Shown piece after piece: positions 45,001-60,000 of a stretch of 64,000 bases of DNA; the stretch's first letter is position 1; every line of letters starts with the position of its first letter. Source of the stretch: Macrostomum lignano (lineage: Eukaryota); assembly GCA_002269645.1 (NCBI GenBank), contig NIVC01000808.1, forward strand, positions 1 through 64,000, given 5' to 3'. The position numbers and the translations under genes were made by a program. A model generated the notes under the pieces. That model had not been told where the DNA came from. It saw only the letters and a program-made list of their open reading frames with translations, and searched no databases.

Positions 45001-48000
45001 GACCTCCTGGACTTGAATTCCACCCCATCTGTAAGGCTCTTAAACAGACTGGCTCAGTTGCGTCAGTACAGTCTGTAGGTTAGCTGGACCAGTTCAATTA
45101 GAATAGGATAAGCCAAATCTGAACACTTTTGCAGCAAGCTCACCACAGTAGATTCAATCTCGTCCTTTGACTAAACTGCGATGAGGCAACACGTCTGTCC
45201 ACCGGACTGACCAGCGTCTCAGGTGCCTCAGCCGACTTCTTAGAAGTGTCCAGACGTGAGGTGTCAGCCTATAGTCGACTTAATGGCTCTTGGCCTTTAA
45301 AGTCTTGGTCGATATCTTGCTGGAGTTGCTTGCGTCACTCGTCTGCATCAAAGCTGACTTGCCGTCTCCAGACTGGGCCTGTCAAATTTGGCATTTATAT
45401 GAGAATTCAGGATTGACAGTTTACAACTGATATTCTACTGAGACTTTGAAACAGACTGGCATATTGGTGTCAGTGCAGTCTGTAGGTTAGCTGGACCACC
45501 TAAACTTGAATTCCACCTCCCATCTGTGAGGCTCTTCAACAGACTGGCTCAGTTGCGTCAGTGCAGTCTGTAGGTTAGCTGGACCACCTAAACTTGAATT
45601 CCACCTCTTATCTGTGAGGCTCTTAAACAGACTGGCTCTGTGGCGTCAGTACAGTCTGTAGGTTAGCTGGACCAGTTCAATTAGAATAGGATAAGCCAAA
45701 TCTGAACACTTTTGCAGCAAGCTCACCACAGTAGATTCAATATCGTCCTTTGACTAAACTGCGATGAGGCAACACGTCTGTCCAACGGACTGACCAGCGT
45801 CTCAGGTGCCTCAGCCGACTTCTTAGAAGTGTCCAGACGTGAGGTGTCAGCCTATAGTCGACTTAATGGCTCTTGGTCTTAAAGTCTTGGTCGATATCTT
45901 GCTGGAGTTGCTTGCGTCACTCGTCTGCATCAAAGCTGACTTGCCGTCTCCAGACTGGGCCTGTCAAATTTGGCATTTATATGAGAATTCAGGATTGACA
46001 GTTTACAACTGATATTCTACTGAGACTTTGAAACAGACTGGCATATTGGTGTCAGTGCAGTCTGTAGGTTAGCTGGACCTCCTGGACTTGAATTCCACCC
46101 CATCTGTAAGGCTCTTAAACAGACTGGCTCAGTTGCGTCAGTACAGTCTGTAGGTTAGCTGGACCAGTTCAATTAGAATAGGATAAGCTAAATCTGAACA
46201 CTTTTGCAGCAAGCTCACCACAGTAGATTCAATCTCGTCCTTTGACTAAACTGCGATGAGGCAACACGTCTGTCCACCGGACTGACCAGCGTCTCAGGTG
46301 CCTCAGCCGACTTCTTAGAAGTGTCCAGACGTGAGGTGTCAGCCTATAGTCGACTTAATGGCTCTTGGTCTTAAAGTCTTGGTCGATATCTTGCTGGAGT
46401 TGCTTGCGTCACTCGTCTGCATCAAAGCTGACTTGCCGTCTCCAGACTGGGCCTGTCAAATTTGGCATTTATATGAGAATTCAGGATTGACAGTTTACAA
46501 CTGATATTCTACTGAGACTTTGAAACAGACTGGCATATTGGTGTCAGTACAGTCTGTAGGTTAGCTGGACCTCCTGGACTTGAATTCCACCCCATCTGTG
46601 AGGCTCTAAAACAGACTGGCTCTGTGGCGTCAGTACAGTCTGTAGGTTAGCTGGACCACCTAAACTTGAATTCCACCTCTTATCTGTGAGGCTCTTAAAC
46701 AGACTGGATCAGTTGCGTCAGTGCAGTCTGTAGGTTAGCTGGACCTCCTGGACTTGAATTCCACCCCATCTGTGAGGCTCTAAAACAGACTGGCTCTGTG
46801 GCGTCAGTACAGTCTGTAGGTTAGCTGGACCACCTAAACTTGAATTCCACCTCTTATCTGTGAGGCTCTTAAACAGACTGGATCAGTTGCGTCAGTGCAG
46901 TCTGTAGGTTAGCTGGACCTCCTAAACTTGAATTCCACCCCATCTGTGAGGCTCTAAAACAGACTGGCTCTGTGGCGTCAGTACAGTCTGTAGGTTAGCT
47001 GGACCAGTTCAATTAGAATAGGATAAGCCAAATCTGAACACTTTTGCAGCAAGCTCACCACAGTAGATTCAATCTCGTCCTTTGACTAAACTGCGATGAG
47101 GCAACACGTCTGTCCACCGGACTGACCAGCGTCTCAGGTGCCTCAGCCGACTTCTTAGAAGTGTCCAGACGTGAGGTGTCAGCCTATAGTCGACTTAATG
47201 GCTCTTGGCCTTTAAAGTCTTGGTCGATATCTTGCTGGAGTTGCTTGCGTCACTCGTCTGCATCAAAGCTGACTTGCCGTCTCCAGACTGGGCCTGTCAA
47301 ATTTGGCATTTATATGAGAATTCAGGATTGACAGTTTACAACTGATATTCTACTGAGACTTTGAAACAGACTGGCATATTGGTGTCAGTGCAGTCTGTAG
47401 GTTAGCTGGACCACCTAAACTTGAATTCCACCTCCCATCTGTGAGGCTCTTCAACAGACTGGCTCAGTTGCGTCAGTGCAGTCTGTAGGTTAGCTGGACC
47501 ACCTAAACTTGAATTCCACCTCTTATCTGTGAGGCTCTTAAACAGACTGGCTCTGTGGCGTCAGTACAGTCTGTAGGTTAGCTGGACCAGTTCAATTAGA
47601 ATAGGATAAGCCAAATCTGAACACTTTTGCAGCAAGCTCACCACAGTAGATTCAATATCGTCCTTTGACTAAACTGCGATGAGGCAACACGTCTGTCCAC
47701 CGGACTGACCAGCGTCTCAGGTGCCTCAGCCGACTTCTTAGAAGTGTCCAGACGTGAGGTGTCAGCCTATAGTCGACTTAATGGCTCTTGGTCTTAAAGT
47801 CTTGGTCGATATCTTGCTGGAGTTGCTTGCGTCACTCGTCTGCATCAAAGCTGACTTGCCGTCTCCAGACTGGGCCTGTCAAATTTGGCATTTATATGAG
47901 AATTCAGGATTGACAGTTTACAACTGATATTCTACTGAGACTTTGAAACAGACTGGCATATTGGTGTCAGTACAGTCTGTAGGTTAGCTGGACCTCCTGG

Positions 48001-51000
48001 ACTTGAATTCCACCCCATCTGTGAGGCTCTAAAACAGACTGGCTCTGTGGCGTCAGTACAGTCTGTAGGTTAGCTGGACCACCTAAACTTGAATTCCACC
48101 TCTTATCTGTGAGGCTCTTAAACAGACTGGATCAGTTGCGTCAGTGCAGTCTGTAGGTTAGCTGGACCTCCTGGACTTGAATTCCACCCCATCTGTGAGG
48201 CTCTAAAACAGACTGGCTCTGTGGCGTCAGTACAGTCTGTAGGTTAGCTGGACCACCTAAACTTGAATTCCACCTCTTATCTGTGAGGCTCTTAAACAGA
48301 CTGGATCAGTTGCGTCAGTGCAGTCTGTAGGTTAGCTGGACCTCCTAAACTTGAATTCCACCCCATCTGTGAGGCTCTAAAACAGACTGGCTCTGTGGCG
48401 TCAGTACAGTCTGTAGGTTAGCTGGACCAGTTCAATTAGAATAGGATAAGCCAAATCTGAACACTTTTGCAGCAAGCTCACCACAGTAGATTCAATCTCG
48501 TCCTTTGACTAAACTGCGATGAGGCAACACGTCTGTCCACCGGACTGACCAGCGTCTCAGGTGCCTCAGCCGACTTCTTAGAAGTGTCCAGACGTGAGGT
48601 GTCAGCCTATAGTCGACTTAATGGCTCTTGGCCTTTAAAGTCTTGGTCGATATCTTGCTGGAGTTGCTTGCGTCACTCGTCTGCATCAAAGCTGACTTGC
48701 CGTCTCCAGACTGGGCCTGTCAAATTTGGCATTTATATGAGAATTCAGGATTGACAGTTTACAACTGATATTCTACTGAGACTTTGAAACAGACTGGCAT
48801 ATTGGTGTCAGTGCAGTCTGTAGGTTAGCTGGACCACCTAAACTTGAATTCCACCTCCCATCTGTGAGGCTCTTCAACAGACTGGCTCAGTTGCGTCAGT
48901 GCAGTCTGTAGGTTAGCTGGACCACCTAAACTTGAATTCCACCTCTTATCTGTGAGGCTCTTAAACAGACTGGCTCTGTGGCGTCAGTACAGTCTGTAGG
49001 TTAGCTGGACCAGTTCAATTAGAATAGGATAAGCCAAATCTGAACACTTTTGCAGCAAGCTCACCACAGTAGATTCAATATCGTCCTTTGACTAAACTGC
49101 GATGAGGCAACACGTCTGTCCACCGGACTGACCAGCGTCTCAGGTGCCTCAGCCGACTTCTTAGAAGTGTCCAGACGTGAGGTGTCAGCCTATAGTCGAC
49201 TTAATGGCTCTTGGTCTTAAAGTCTTGGTCGATATCTTGCTGGAGTTGCTTGCGTCACTCGTCTGCATCAAAGCTGACTTGCCGTCTCCAGACTGGGCCT
49301 GTCAAATTTGGCATTTATATGAGAATTCAGGATTGACAGTTTACAACTGATATTCTACTGAGACTTTGAAACAGACTGGCATATTGGTGTCAGTGCAGTC
49401 TGTAGGTTAGCTGGACCTCCTGGACTTGAATTCCACCCCATCTGTGAGGCTCTAAAACAGACTGGCTCTGTGGCGTCAGTACAGTCTGTAGGTTAGCTGG
49501 ACCACCTAAACTTGAATTCCACCTCTTATCTGTGAGGCTCTTAAACAGACTGGATCAGTTGCGTCAGTGCAGTCTGTAGGTTAGCTGGACCTCCTAAACT
49601 TTAATTCCACCCCATCTGTGAGGCTCTAAAACAGACTGGCTCTGTGGCGTCAGTACAGTCTGTAGGTTAGCTGGACCAGTTCAATTAGAATAGGATAAGC
49701 TAAATCTGAACACTTTTGCAGCAAGCTCACCACAGTAGATTCAATCTCGTCCTTTGACTAAACTGCGATGAGGCAACACGTCTGTCCAACGGACTGACCA
49801 GCGTCTCAGGTGCCTCAGCCGACTTCTTAGAAGTGTCCAGACGTGAGGTGTCAGCCTATAGTCGACTTAATGGCTCTTGGCCTTTAAAGTCTTGGTCGAT
49901 ATCTTGCTGGAGTTGCTTGCGTCACTCGTCTGCATCAAAGCTGACTTGCCGTCTCCAGACTGGGCCTGTCAAATTTGGCATTTATATGAGAATTCAGGAT
50001 TGACAGTTTACAACTGATATTCTACTGAGACTTTGAAACAGACTGGCATATTGGTGTCAGTGCAGTCTGTAGGTTAGCTGGACCTCCTAAACTTTAATTC
50101 CACCTCCCATCTGTGAGGCTCTTCAACAGACTGGCTCTGTGGCGTCAGTACAGTCTGTAGGTTAGCTGGACCAGTTCAATTAGAATAGGATAAGCCAAAT
50201 CTGAACACTTTTGCAGCAAGCTCACCACAGTAGATTCAATCTCGTCCTTTGACTAAACTGCGATGAGGCAACACGTCTGTCCACCGGACTGACCAGCGTC
50301 TCAGGTGCCTCAGCCGACTTCTTAGAAGTGTCCAGACGTGAGGTGTCAGCCTATAGTCGACTTAATGGCTCTTGGTCTTAAAGTCTTGGTCGATATCTTG
50401 CTGGAGTTGCTTGCGTCACTCGTCTGCATCAAAGCTGACTTGCCGTCTCCAGACTGGGCCTGTCAAATTTGGCATTTATATGAGAATTCAGGATTGACAG
50501 TTTACAACTGATATTCTACTGAGACTTTGAAACAGACTGGCATATTGGTGTCAGTACAGTCTGTAGGTTAGCTGGACCTCCTGGACTTGAATTCCACCCC
50601 ATCTGTGAGGCTCTAAAACAGACTGGCTCTGTGGCGTCAGTACAGTCTGTAGGTTAGCTGGACCACCTAAACTTGAATTCCACCTCTTATCTGTGAGGCT
50701 CTTAAACAGACTGGATCAGTTGCGTCAGTGCAGTCTGTAGGTTAGCTGGACCTCCTGGACTTGAATTCCACCCCATCTGTGAGGCTCTAAAACAGACTGG
50801 CTCTGTGGCGTCAGTACAGTCTGTAGGTTAGCTGGACCACCTAAACTTGAATTCCACCTCTTATCTGTGAGGCTCTTAAACAGACTGGATCAGTTGCGTC
50901 AGTGCAGTCTGTAGGTTAGCTGGACCTCCTAAACTTGAATTCCACCCCATCTGTGAGGCTCTAAAACAGACTGGCTCTGTGGCGTCAGTACAGTCTGTAG

Positions 51001-54000
51001 GTTAGCTGGACCAGTTCAATTAGAATAGGATAAGCCAAATCTGAACACTTTTGCAGCAAGCTCACCACAGTAGATTCAATCTCGTCCTTTGACTAAACTG
51101 CGATGAGGCAACACGTCTGTCCACCGGACTGACCAGCGTCTCAGGTGCCTCAGCCGACTTCTTAGAAGTGTCCAGACGTGAGGTGTCAGCCTATAGTCGA
51201 CTTAATGGCTCTTGGCCTTTAAAGTCTTGGTCGATATCTTGCTGGAGTTGCTTGCGTCACTCGTCTGCATCAAAGCTGACTTGCCGTCTCCAGACTGGGC
51301 CTGTCAAATTTGGCATTTATATGAGAATTCAGGATTGACAGTTTACAACTGATATTCTACTGAGACTTTGAAACAGACTGGCATATTGGTGTCAGTGCAG
51401 TCTGTAGGTTAGCTGGACCACCTAAACTTGAATTCCACCTCCCATCTGTGAGGCTCTTCAACAGACTGGCTCAGTTGCGTCAGTGCAGTCTGTAGGTTAG
51501 CTGGACCACCTAAACTTGAATTCCACCTCTTATCTGTGAGGCTCTTAAACAGACTGGCTCTGTGGCGTCAGTACAGTCTGTAGGTTAGCTGGACCAGTTC
51601 AATTAGAATAGGATAAGCCAAATCTGAACACTTTTGCAGCAAGCTCACCACAGTAGATTCAATATCGTCCTTTGACTAAACTGCGATGAGGCAACACGTC
51701 TGTCCACCGGACTGACCAGCGTCTCAGGTGCCTCAGCCGACTTCTTAGAAGTGTCCAGACGTGAGGTGTCAGCCTATAGTCGACTTAATGGCTCTTGGTC
51801 TTAAAGTCTTGGTCGATATCTTGCTGGAGTTGCTTGCGTCACTCGTCTGCATCAAAGCTGACTTGCCGTCTCCAGACTGGGCCTGTCAAATTTGGCATTT
51901 ATATGAGAATTCAGGATTGACAGTTTACAACTGATATTCTACTGAGACTTTGAAACAGACTGGCATATTGGTGTCAGTGCAGTCTGTAGGTTAGCTGGAC
52001 CTCCTGGACTTGAATTCCACCCCATCTGTGAGGCTCTAAAACAGACTGGCTCTGTGGCGTCAGTACAGTCTGTAGGTTAGCTGGACCACCTAAACTTGAA
52101 TTCCACCTCTTATCTGTGAGGCTCTTAAACAGACTGGATCAGTTGCGTCAGTGCAGTCTGTAGGTTAGCTGGACCTCCTAAACTTTAATTCCACCCCATC
52201 TGTGAGGCTCTAAAACAGACTGGCTCTGTGGCGTCAGTACAGTCTGTAGGTTAGCTGGACCAGTTCAATTAGAATAGGATAAGCTAAATCTGAACACTTT
52301 TGCAGCAAGCTCACCACAGTAGATTCAATCTCGTCCTTTGACTAAACTGCGATGAGGCAACACGTCTGTCCAACGGACTGACCAGCGTCTCAGGTGCCTC
52401 AGCCGACTTCTTAGAAGTGTCCAGACGTGAGGTGTCAGCCTATAGTCGACTTAATGGCTCTTGGCCTTTAAAGTCTTGGTCGATATCTTGCTGGAGTTGC
52501 TTGCGTCACTCGTCTGCATCAAAGCTGACTTGCCGTCTCCAGACTGGGCCTGTCAAATTTGGCATTTATATGAGAATTCAGGATTGACAGTTTACAACTG
52601 ATATTCTACTGAGACTTTGAAACAGACTGGCATATTGGTGTCAGTGCAGTCTGTAGGTTAGCTGGACCTCCTAAACTTTAATTCCACCTCCCATCTGTGA
52701 GGCTCTTCAACAGACTGGCTCTGTGGCGTCAGTACAGTCTGTAGGTTAGCTGGACCAGTTCAATTAGAATAGGATAAGCCAAATCTGAACACTTTTGCAG
52801 CAAGCTCACCACAGTAGATTCAATCTCGTCCTTTGACTAAACTGCGATGAGGCAACACGTCTGTCCACCGGACTGACCAGCGTCTCAGGTGCCTCAGCCG
52901 ACTTCTTAGAAGTGTCCAGACGTGAGGTGTCAGCCTATAGTCGACTTAATGGCTCTTGGCCTTTAAAGTCTTGGTCGATATCTTGCTGGAGTTGCTTGCG
53001 TCACTCGTCTGCATCAAAGCTGACTTGCCGTCTCCAGACTGGGCCTGTCAAATTTGGCATTTATATGAGAATTCAGGATTGACAGTTTACAACTGATATT
53101 CTACTGAGACTTTGAAACAGACTGGCATATTGGTGTCAGTGCAGTCTGTAGGTTAGCTGGACCACCTAAACTTGAATTCCACCTCCCATCTGTGAGGCTC
53201 TTCAACAGACTGGCTCAGTTGCGTCAGTGCAGTCTGTAGGTTAGCTGGACCACCTAAACTTGAATTCCACCTCTTATCTGTGAGGCTCTTAAACAGACTG
53301 GATCAGTTGCGTCAGTGCAGTCTGTAGGTTAGCTGGACCTCCTGGACTTGAATTCCACCCCATCTGTGAGGCTCTAAAACAGACTGGCTCTGTGGCGTCA
53401 GTACAGTCTGTAGGTTAGCTGGACCACCTAAACTTGAATTCCACCTCTTATCTGTGAGGCTCTTAAACAGACTGGATCAGTTGCGTCAGTGCAGTCTGTA
53501 GGTTAGCTGGACCTCCTAAACTTGAATTCCACCCCATCTGTGAGGCTCTAAAACAGACTGGCTCTGTGGCGTCAGTACAGTCTGTAGGTTAGCTGGACCA
53601 GTTCAATTAGAATAGGATAAGCCAAATCTGAACACTTTTGCAGCAAGCTCACCACAGTAGATTCAATCTCGTCCTTTGACTAAACTGCGATGAGGCAACA
53701 CGTCTGTCCACCGGACTGACCAGCGTCTCAGGTGCCTCAGCCGACTTCTTAGAAGTGTCCAGACGTGAGGTGTCAGCCTATAGTCGACTTAATGGCTCTT
53801 GGCCTTTAAAGTCTTGGTCGATATCTTGCTGGAGTTGCTTGCGTCACTCGTCTGCATCAAAGCTGACTTGCCGTCTCCAGACTGGGCCTGTCAAATTTGG
53901 CATTTATATGAGAATTCAGGATTGACAGTTTACAACTGATATTCTACTGAGACTTTGAAACAGACTGGCATATTGGTGTCAGTGCAGTCTGTAGGTTAGC

Positions 54001-57000
54001 TGGACCACCTAAACTTGAATTCCACCTCCCATCTGTGAGGCTCTTCAACAGACTGGCTCAGTTGCGTCAGTGCAGTCTGTAGGTTAGCTGGACCACCTAA
54101 ACTTGAATTCCACCTCTTATCTGTGAGGCTCTTAAACAGACTGGCTCTGTGGCGTCAGTACAGTCTGTAGGTTAGCTGGACCAGTTCAATTAGAATAGGA
54201 TAAGCCAAATCTGAACACTTTTGCAGCAAGCTCACCACAGTAGATTCAATATCGTCCTTTGACTAAACTGCGATGAGGCAACACGTCTGTCCACCGGACT
54301 GACCAGCGTCTCAGGTGCCTCAGCCGACTTCTTAGAAGTGTCCAGACGTGAGGTGTCAGCCTATAGTCGACTTAATGGCTCTTGGTCTTAAAGTCTTGGT
54401 CGATATCTTGCTGGAGTTGCTTGCGTCACTCGTCTGCATCAAAGCTGACTTGCCGTCTCCAGACTGGGCCTGTCAAATTTGGCATTTATATGAGAATTCA
54501 GGATTGACAGTTTACAACTGATATTCTACTGAGACTTTGAAACAGACTGGCATATTGGTGTCAGTGCAGTCTGTAGGTTAGCTGGACCTCCTGGACTTGA
54601 ATTCCACCCCATCTGTGAGGCTCTAAAACAGACTGGCTCTGTGGCGTCAGTACAGTCTGTAGGTTAGCTGGACCACCTAAACTTGAATTCCACCTCTTAT
54701 CTGTGAGGCTCTTAAACAGACTGGATCAGTTGCGTCAGTGCAGTCTGTAGGTTAGCTGGACCTCCTAAACTTTAATTCCACCCATCTGTGAGGCTCTAAA
54801 ACAGACTGGCTCTGTGGCGTCAGTACAGTCTGTAGGTTAGCTGGACCAGTTCAATTAGAATAGGATAAGCTAAATCTGAACACTTTTGCAGCAAGCTCAC
54901 CACAGTAGATTCAATCTCGTCCTTTGACTAAACTGCGATGAGGCAACACGTCTGTCCAACGGACTGACCAGCGTCTCAGGTGCCTCAGCCGACTTCTTAG
55001 AAGTGTCCAGACGTGAGGTGTCAGCCTATAGTCGACTTAATGGCTCTTGGCCTTTAAAGTCTTGGTCGATATCTTGCTGGAGTTGCTTGCGTCACTCGTC
55101 TGCATCAAAGCTGACTTGCCGTCTCCAGACTGGGCCTGTCAAATTTGGCATTTATATGAGAATTCAGGATTGACAGTTTACAACTGATATTCTACTGAGA
55201 CTTTGAAACAGACTGCATATTGGTGTCAGTGCAGTCTGTAGGTTAGCTGGACCTCCTAAACTTTAATTCCACCTCCCATCTGTGAGGCTCTTCAACAGAC
55301 TGGCTCTGTGGCGTCAGTACAGTCTGTAGGTTAGCTGGACCAGTTCAATTAGAATAGGATAAGCCAAATCTGAACACTTTTGCAGCAAGCTCACCACAGT
55401 AGATTCAATCTCGTCCTTTGACTAAACTGCGATGAGGCAACACGTCTGTCCACCGGACTGACCAGCGTCTCAGGTGCCTCAGCCGACTTCTTAGAAGTGT
55501 CCAGACGTGAGGTGTCAGCCTATAGTCGACTTAATGGCTCTTGGTCTTAAAGTCTTGGTCGATATCTTGCTGGAGTTGCTTGCGTCACTCGTCTGCATCA
55601 AAGCTGACTTGCCGTCTCCAGACTGGGCCTGTCAAATTTGGCATTTATATGAGAATTCAGGATTGACAGTTTACAACTGATATTCTACTGAGACTTTGAA
55701 ACAGACTGGCATATTGGTGTCAGTGCAGTCTGTAGGTTAGCTGGACCTCCTGGACTTGAATTCCACCCCATCTGTAAGGCTCTTAAACAGACTGGCTCAG
55801 TTGCGTCAGTACAGTCTGTAGGTTAGCTGGACCAGTTCAATTAGAATAGGATAAGCCAAATCTGAACACTTTTGCAGCAAGCTCACCACAGTAGATTCAA
55901 TCTCGTCCTTTGACTAAACTGCGATGAGGCAACACGTCTGTCCACCGGACTGACCAGCGTCTCAGGTGCCTCAGCCGACTTCTTAGAAGTGTCCAGACGT
56001 GAGGTGTCAGCCTATAGTCGACTTAATGGCTCTTGGCCTTTAAAGTCTTGTCGATATCTTGCTGGAGTTGCTTGCGTCACTCGTCTGCATCAAAGCTGAC
56101 TTGCCGTCTCCAGACTGGGCCTGTCAAATTTGGCATTTATATGAGAATTCAGGATTGACAGTTTACAACTGATATTCTACTGAGACTTTGAAACAGACTG
56201 CATATTGGTGTCAGTGCAGTCTGTAGGTTAGCTGGACCACCTAAACTTGAATTCCACCTCCCATCTGTGAGGCTCTTCAACAGACTGGCTCAGTTGCGTC
56301 AGTGCAGTCTGTAGGTTAGCTGGACCACCTAAACTTGAATTCCACCTCTTATCTGTGAGGCTCTTAAACAGACTGGCTCTGTGGCGTCAGTACAGTCTGT
56401 AGGTTAGCTGGACCAGTTCAATTAGAATAGGATAAGCCAAATCTGAACACTTTTGCAGCAAGCTCACCACAGTAGATTCAATATCGTCCTTTGACTAAAC
56501 TGCGATGAGGCAACACGTCTGTCCAACGGACTGACCAGCGTCTCAGGTGCTCAGCCGACTTCTTAGAAGTGTCCAGACGTGAGGTGTCAGCCTATAGTCG
56601 ACTTAATGGCTCTTGGTCTTAAAGTCTTGGTCGATATCTTGCTGGAGTTGCTTGCGTCACTCGTCTGCATCAAAGCTGACTTGCCGTCTCCAGACTGGGC
56701 CTGTCAAATTTGGCATTTATATGAGAATTCAGGATTGACAGTTTACAACTGATATTCTACTGAGACTTTGAAACAGACTGGCATATTGGTGTCAGTGCAG
56801 TCTGTAGGTTAGCTGGACCTCCTGGACTTGAATTCCACCCCATCTGTAAGGCTCTTAAACAGACTGGCTCAGTTGCGTCAGTACAGTCTGTAGGTTAGCT
56901 GGACCAGTTCAATTAGAATAGGATAAGCTAAATCTGAACACTTTTGCAGCAAGCTCACCACAGTAGATTCAATCTCGTCCTTTGACTAAACTGCGATGAG

Positions 57001-60000
57001 GCAACACGTCTGTCCACCGGACTGACCAGCGTCTCAGGTGCCTCAGCCGACTTCTTAGAAGTGTCCAGACGTGAGGTGTCAGCCTATAGTCGACTTAATG
57101 GCTCTTGGTCTTAAAGTCTTGGTCGATATCTTGCTGGAGTTGCTTGCGTCACTCGTCTGCATCAAAGCTGACTTGCCGTCTCCAGACTGGGCCTGTCAAA
57201 TTTGGCATTTATATGAGAATTCAGGATTGACAGTTTACAACTGATATTCTACTGAGACTTTGAAACAGACTGGCATATTGGTGTCAGTACAGTCTGTAGG
57301 TTAGCTGGACCTCCTGGACTTGAATTCCACCCCATCTGTGAGGCTCTAAAACAGACTGGCTCTGTGGCGTCAGTACAGTCTGTAGGTTAGCTGGACCACC
57401 TAAACTTGAATTCCACCTCTTATCTGTGAGGCTCTTAAACAGACTGGATCAGTTGCGTCAGTGCAGTCTGTAGGTTAGCTGGACCTCCTGGACTTGAATT
57501 CCACCCCATCTGTGAGGCTCTAAAACAGACTGGCTCTGTGGCGTCAGTACAGTCTGTAGGTTAGCTGGACCACCTAAACTTGAATTCCACCTCTTATCTG
57601 TGAGGCTCTTAAACAGACTGGATCAGTTGCGTCAGTGCAGTCTGTAGGTTAGCTGGACCTCCTAAACTTGAATTCCACCCATCTGTGAGGCTCTAAAACA
57701 GACTGGCTCTGTGGCGTCAGTACAGTCTGTAGGTTAGCTGGACCAGTTCAATTAGAATAGGATAAGCCAAATCTGAACACTTTTGCAGCAAGCTCACCAC
57801 AGTAGATTCAATCTCGTCCTTTGACTAAACTGCGATGAGGCAACACGTCTGTCCACCGGACTGACCAGCGTCTCAGGTGCCTCAGCCGACTTCTTAGAAG
57901 TGTCCAGACGTGAGGTGTCAGCCTATAGTCGACTTAATGGCTCTTGGCCTTTAAAGTCTTGGTCGATATCTTGCTGGAGTTGCTTGCGTCACTCGTCTGC
58001 ATCAAAGCTGACTTGCCGTCTCCAGACTGGGCCTGTCAAATTTGGCATTTATATGAGAATTCAGGATTGACAGTTTACAACTGATATTCTACTGAGACTT
58101 TGAAACAGACTGGCATATTGGTGTCAGTGCAGTCTGTAGGTTAGCTGGACCACCTAAACTTGAATTCCACCTCCCATCTGTGAGGCTCTTCAACAGACTG
58201 GCTCAGTTGCGTCAGTGCAGTCTGTAGGTTAGCTGGACCACCTAAACTTGAATTCCACCTCTTATCTGTGAGGCTCTTAAACAGACTGGCTCTGTGGCGT
58301 CAGTACAGTCTGTAGGTTAGCTGGACCAGTTCAATTAGAATAGGATAAGCCAAATCTGAACACTTTTGCAGCAAGCTCACCACAGTAGATTCAATATCGT
58401 CCTTTGACTAAACTGCGATGAGGCAACACGTCTGTCCACCGGACTGACCAGCGTCTCAGGTGCCTCAGCCGACTTCTTAGAAGTGTCCAGACGTGAGGTG
58501 TCAGCCTATAGTCGACTTAATGGCTCTTGGTCTTAAAGTCTTGGTCGATATCTTGCTGGAGTTGCTTGCGTCACTCGTCTGCATCAAAGCTGACTTGCCG
58601 TCTCCAGACTGGGCCTGTCAAATTTGGCATTTATATGAGAATTCAGGATTGACAGTTTACAACTGATATTCTACTGAGACTTTGAAACAGACTGGCATAT
58701 TGGTGTCAGTACAGTCTGTAGGTTAGCTGGACCTCCTGGACTTGAATTCCACCCCATCTGTGAGGCTCTAAAACAGACTGGCTCTGTGGCGTCAGTACAG
58801 TCTGTAGGTTAGCTGGACCACCTAAACTTGAATTCCACCTCTTATCTGTGAGGCTCTTAAACAGACTGGATCAGTTGCGTCAGTGCAGTCTGTAGGTTAG
58901 CTGGACCTCCTGGACTTGAATTCCACCCCATCTGTGAGGCTCTAAAACAGACTGGCTCTGTGGCGTCAGTACAGTCTGTAGGTTAGCTGGACCACCTAAA
59001 CTTGAATTCCACCTCTTATCTGTGAGGCTCTTAAACAGACTGGATCAGTTGCGTCAGTGCAGTCTGTAGGTTAGCTGGACCTCCTAAACTTGAATTCCAC
59101 CCCATCTGTGAGGCTCTAAAACAGACTGGCTCTGTGGCGTCAGTACAGTCTGTAGGTTAGCTGGACCAGTTCAATTAGAATAGGATAAGCCAAATCTGAA
59201 CACTTTTGCAGCAAGCTCACCACAGTAGATTCAATCTCGTCCTTTGACTAAACTGCGATGAGGCAACACGTCTGTCCACCGGACTGACCAGCGTCTCAGG
59301 TGCCTCAGCCGACTTCTTAGAAGTGTCCAGACGTGAGGTGTCAGCCTATAGTCGACTTAATGGCTCTTGGCCTTTAAAGTCTTGGTCGATATCTTGCTGG
59401 AGTTGCTTGCGTCACTCGTCTGCATCAAAGCTGACTTGCCGTCTCCAGACTGGGCCTGTCAAATTTGGCATTTATATGAGAATTCAGGATTGACAGTTTA
59501 CAACTGATATTCTACTGAGACTTTGAAACAGACTGGCATATTGGTGTCAGTGCAGTCTGTAGGTTAGCTGGACCACCTAAACTTGAATTCCACCTCCCAT
59601 CTGTGAGGCTCTTCAACAGACTGGCTCAGTTGCGTCAGTGCAGTCTGTAGGTTAGCTGGACCACCTAAACTTGAATTCCACCTCTTATCTGTGAGGCTCT
59701 TAAACAGACTGGCTCTGTGGCGTCAGTACAGTCTGTAGGTTAGCTGGACCAGTTCAATTAGAATAGGATAAGCCAAATCTGAACACTTTTGCAGCAAGCT
59801 CACCACAGTAGATTCAATATCGTCCTTTGACTAAACTGCGATGAGGCAACACGTCTGTCCACCGGACTGACCAGCGTCTCAGGTGCCTCAGCCGACTTCT
59901 TAGAAGTGTCCAGACGTGAGGTGTCAGCCTATAGTCGACTTAATGGCTCTTGGTCTTAAAGTCTTGGTCGATATCTTGCTGGAGTTGCTTGCGTCACTCG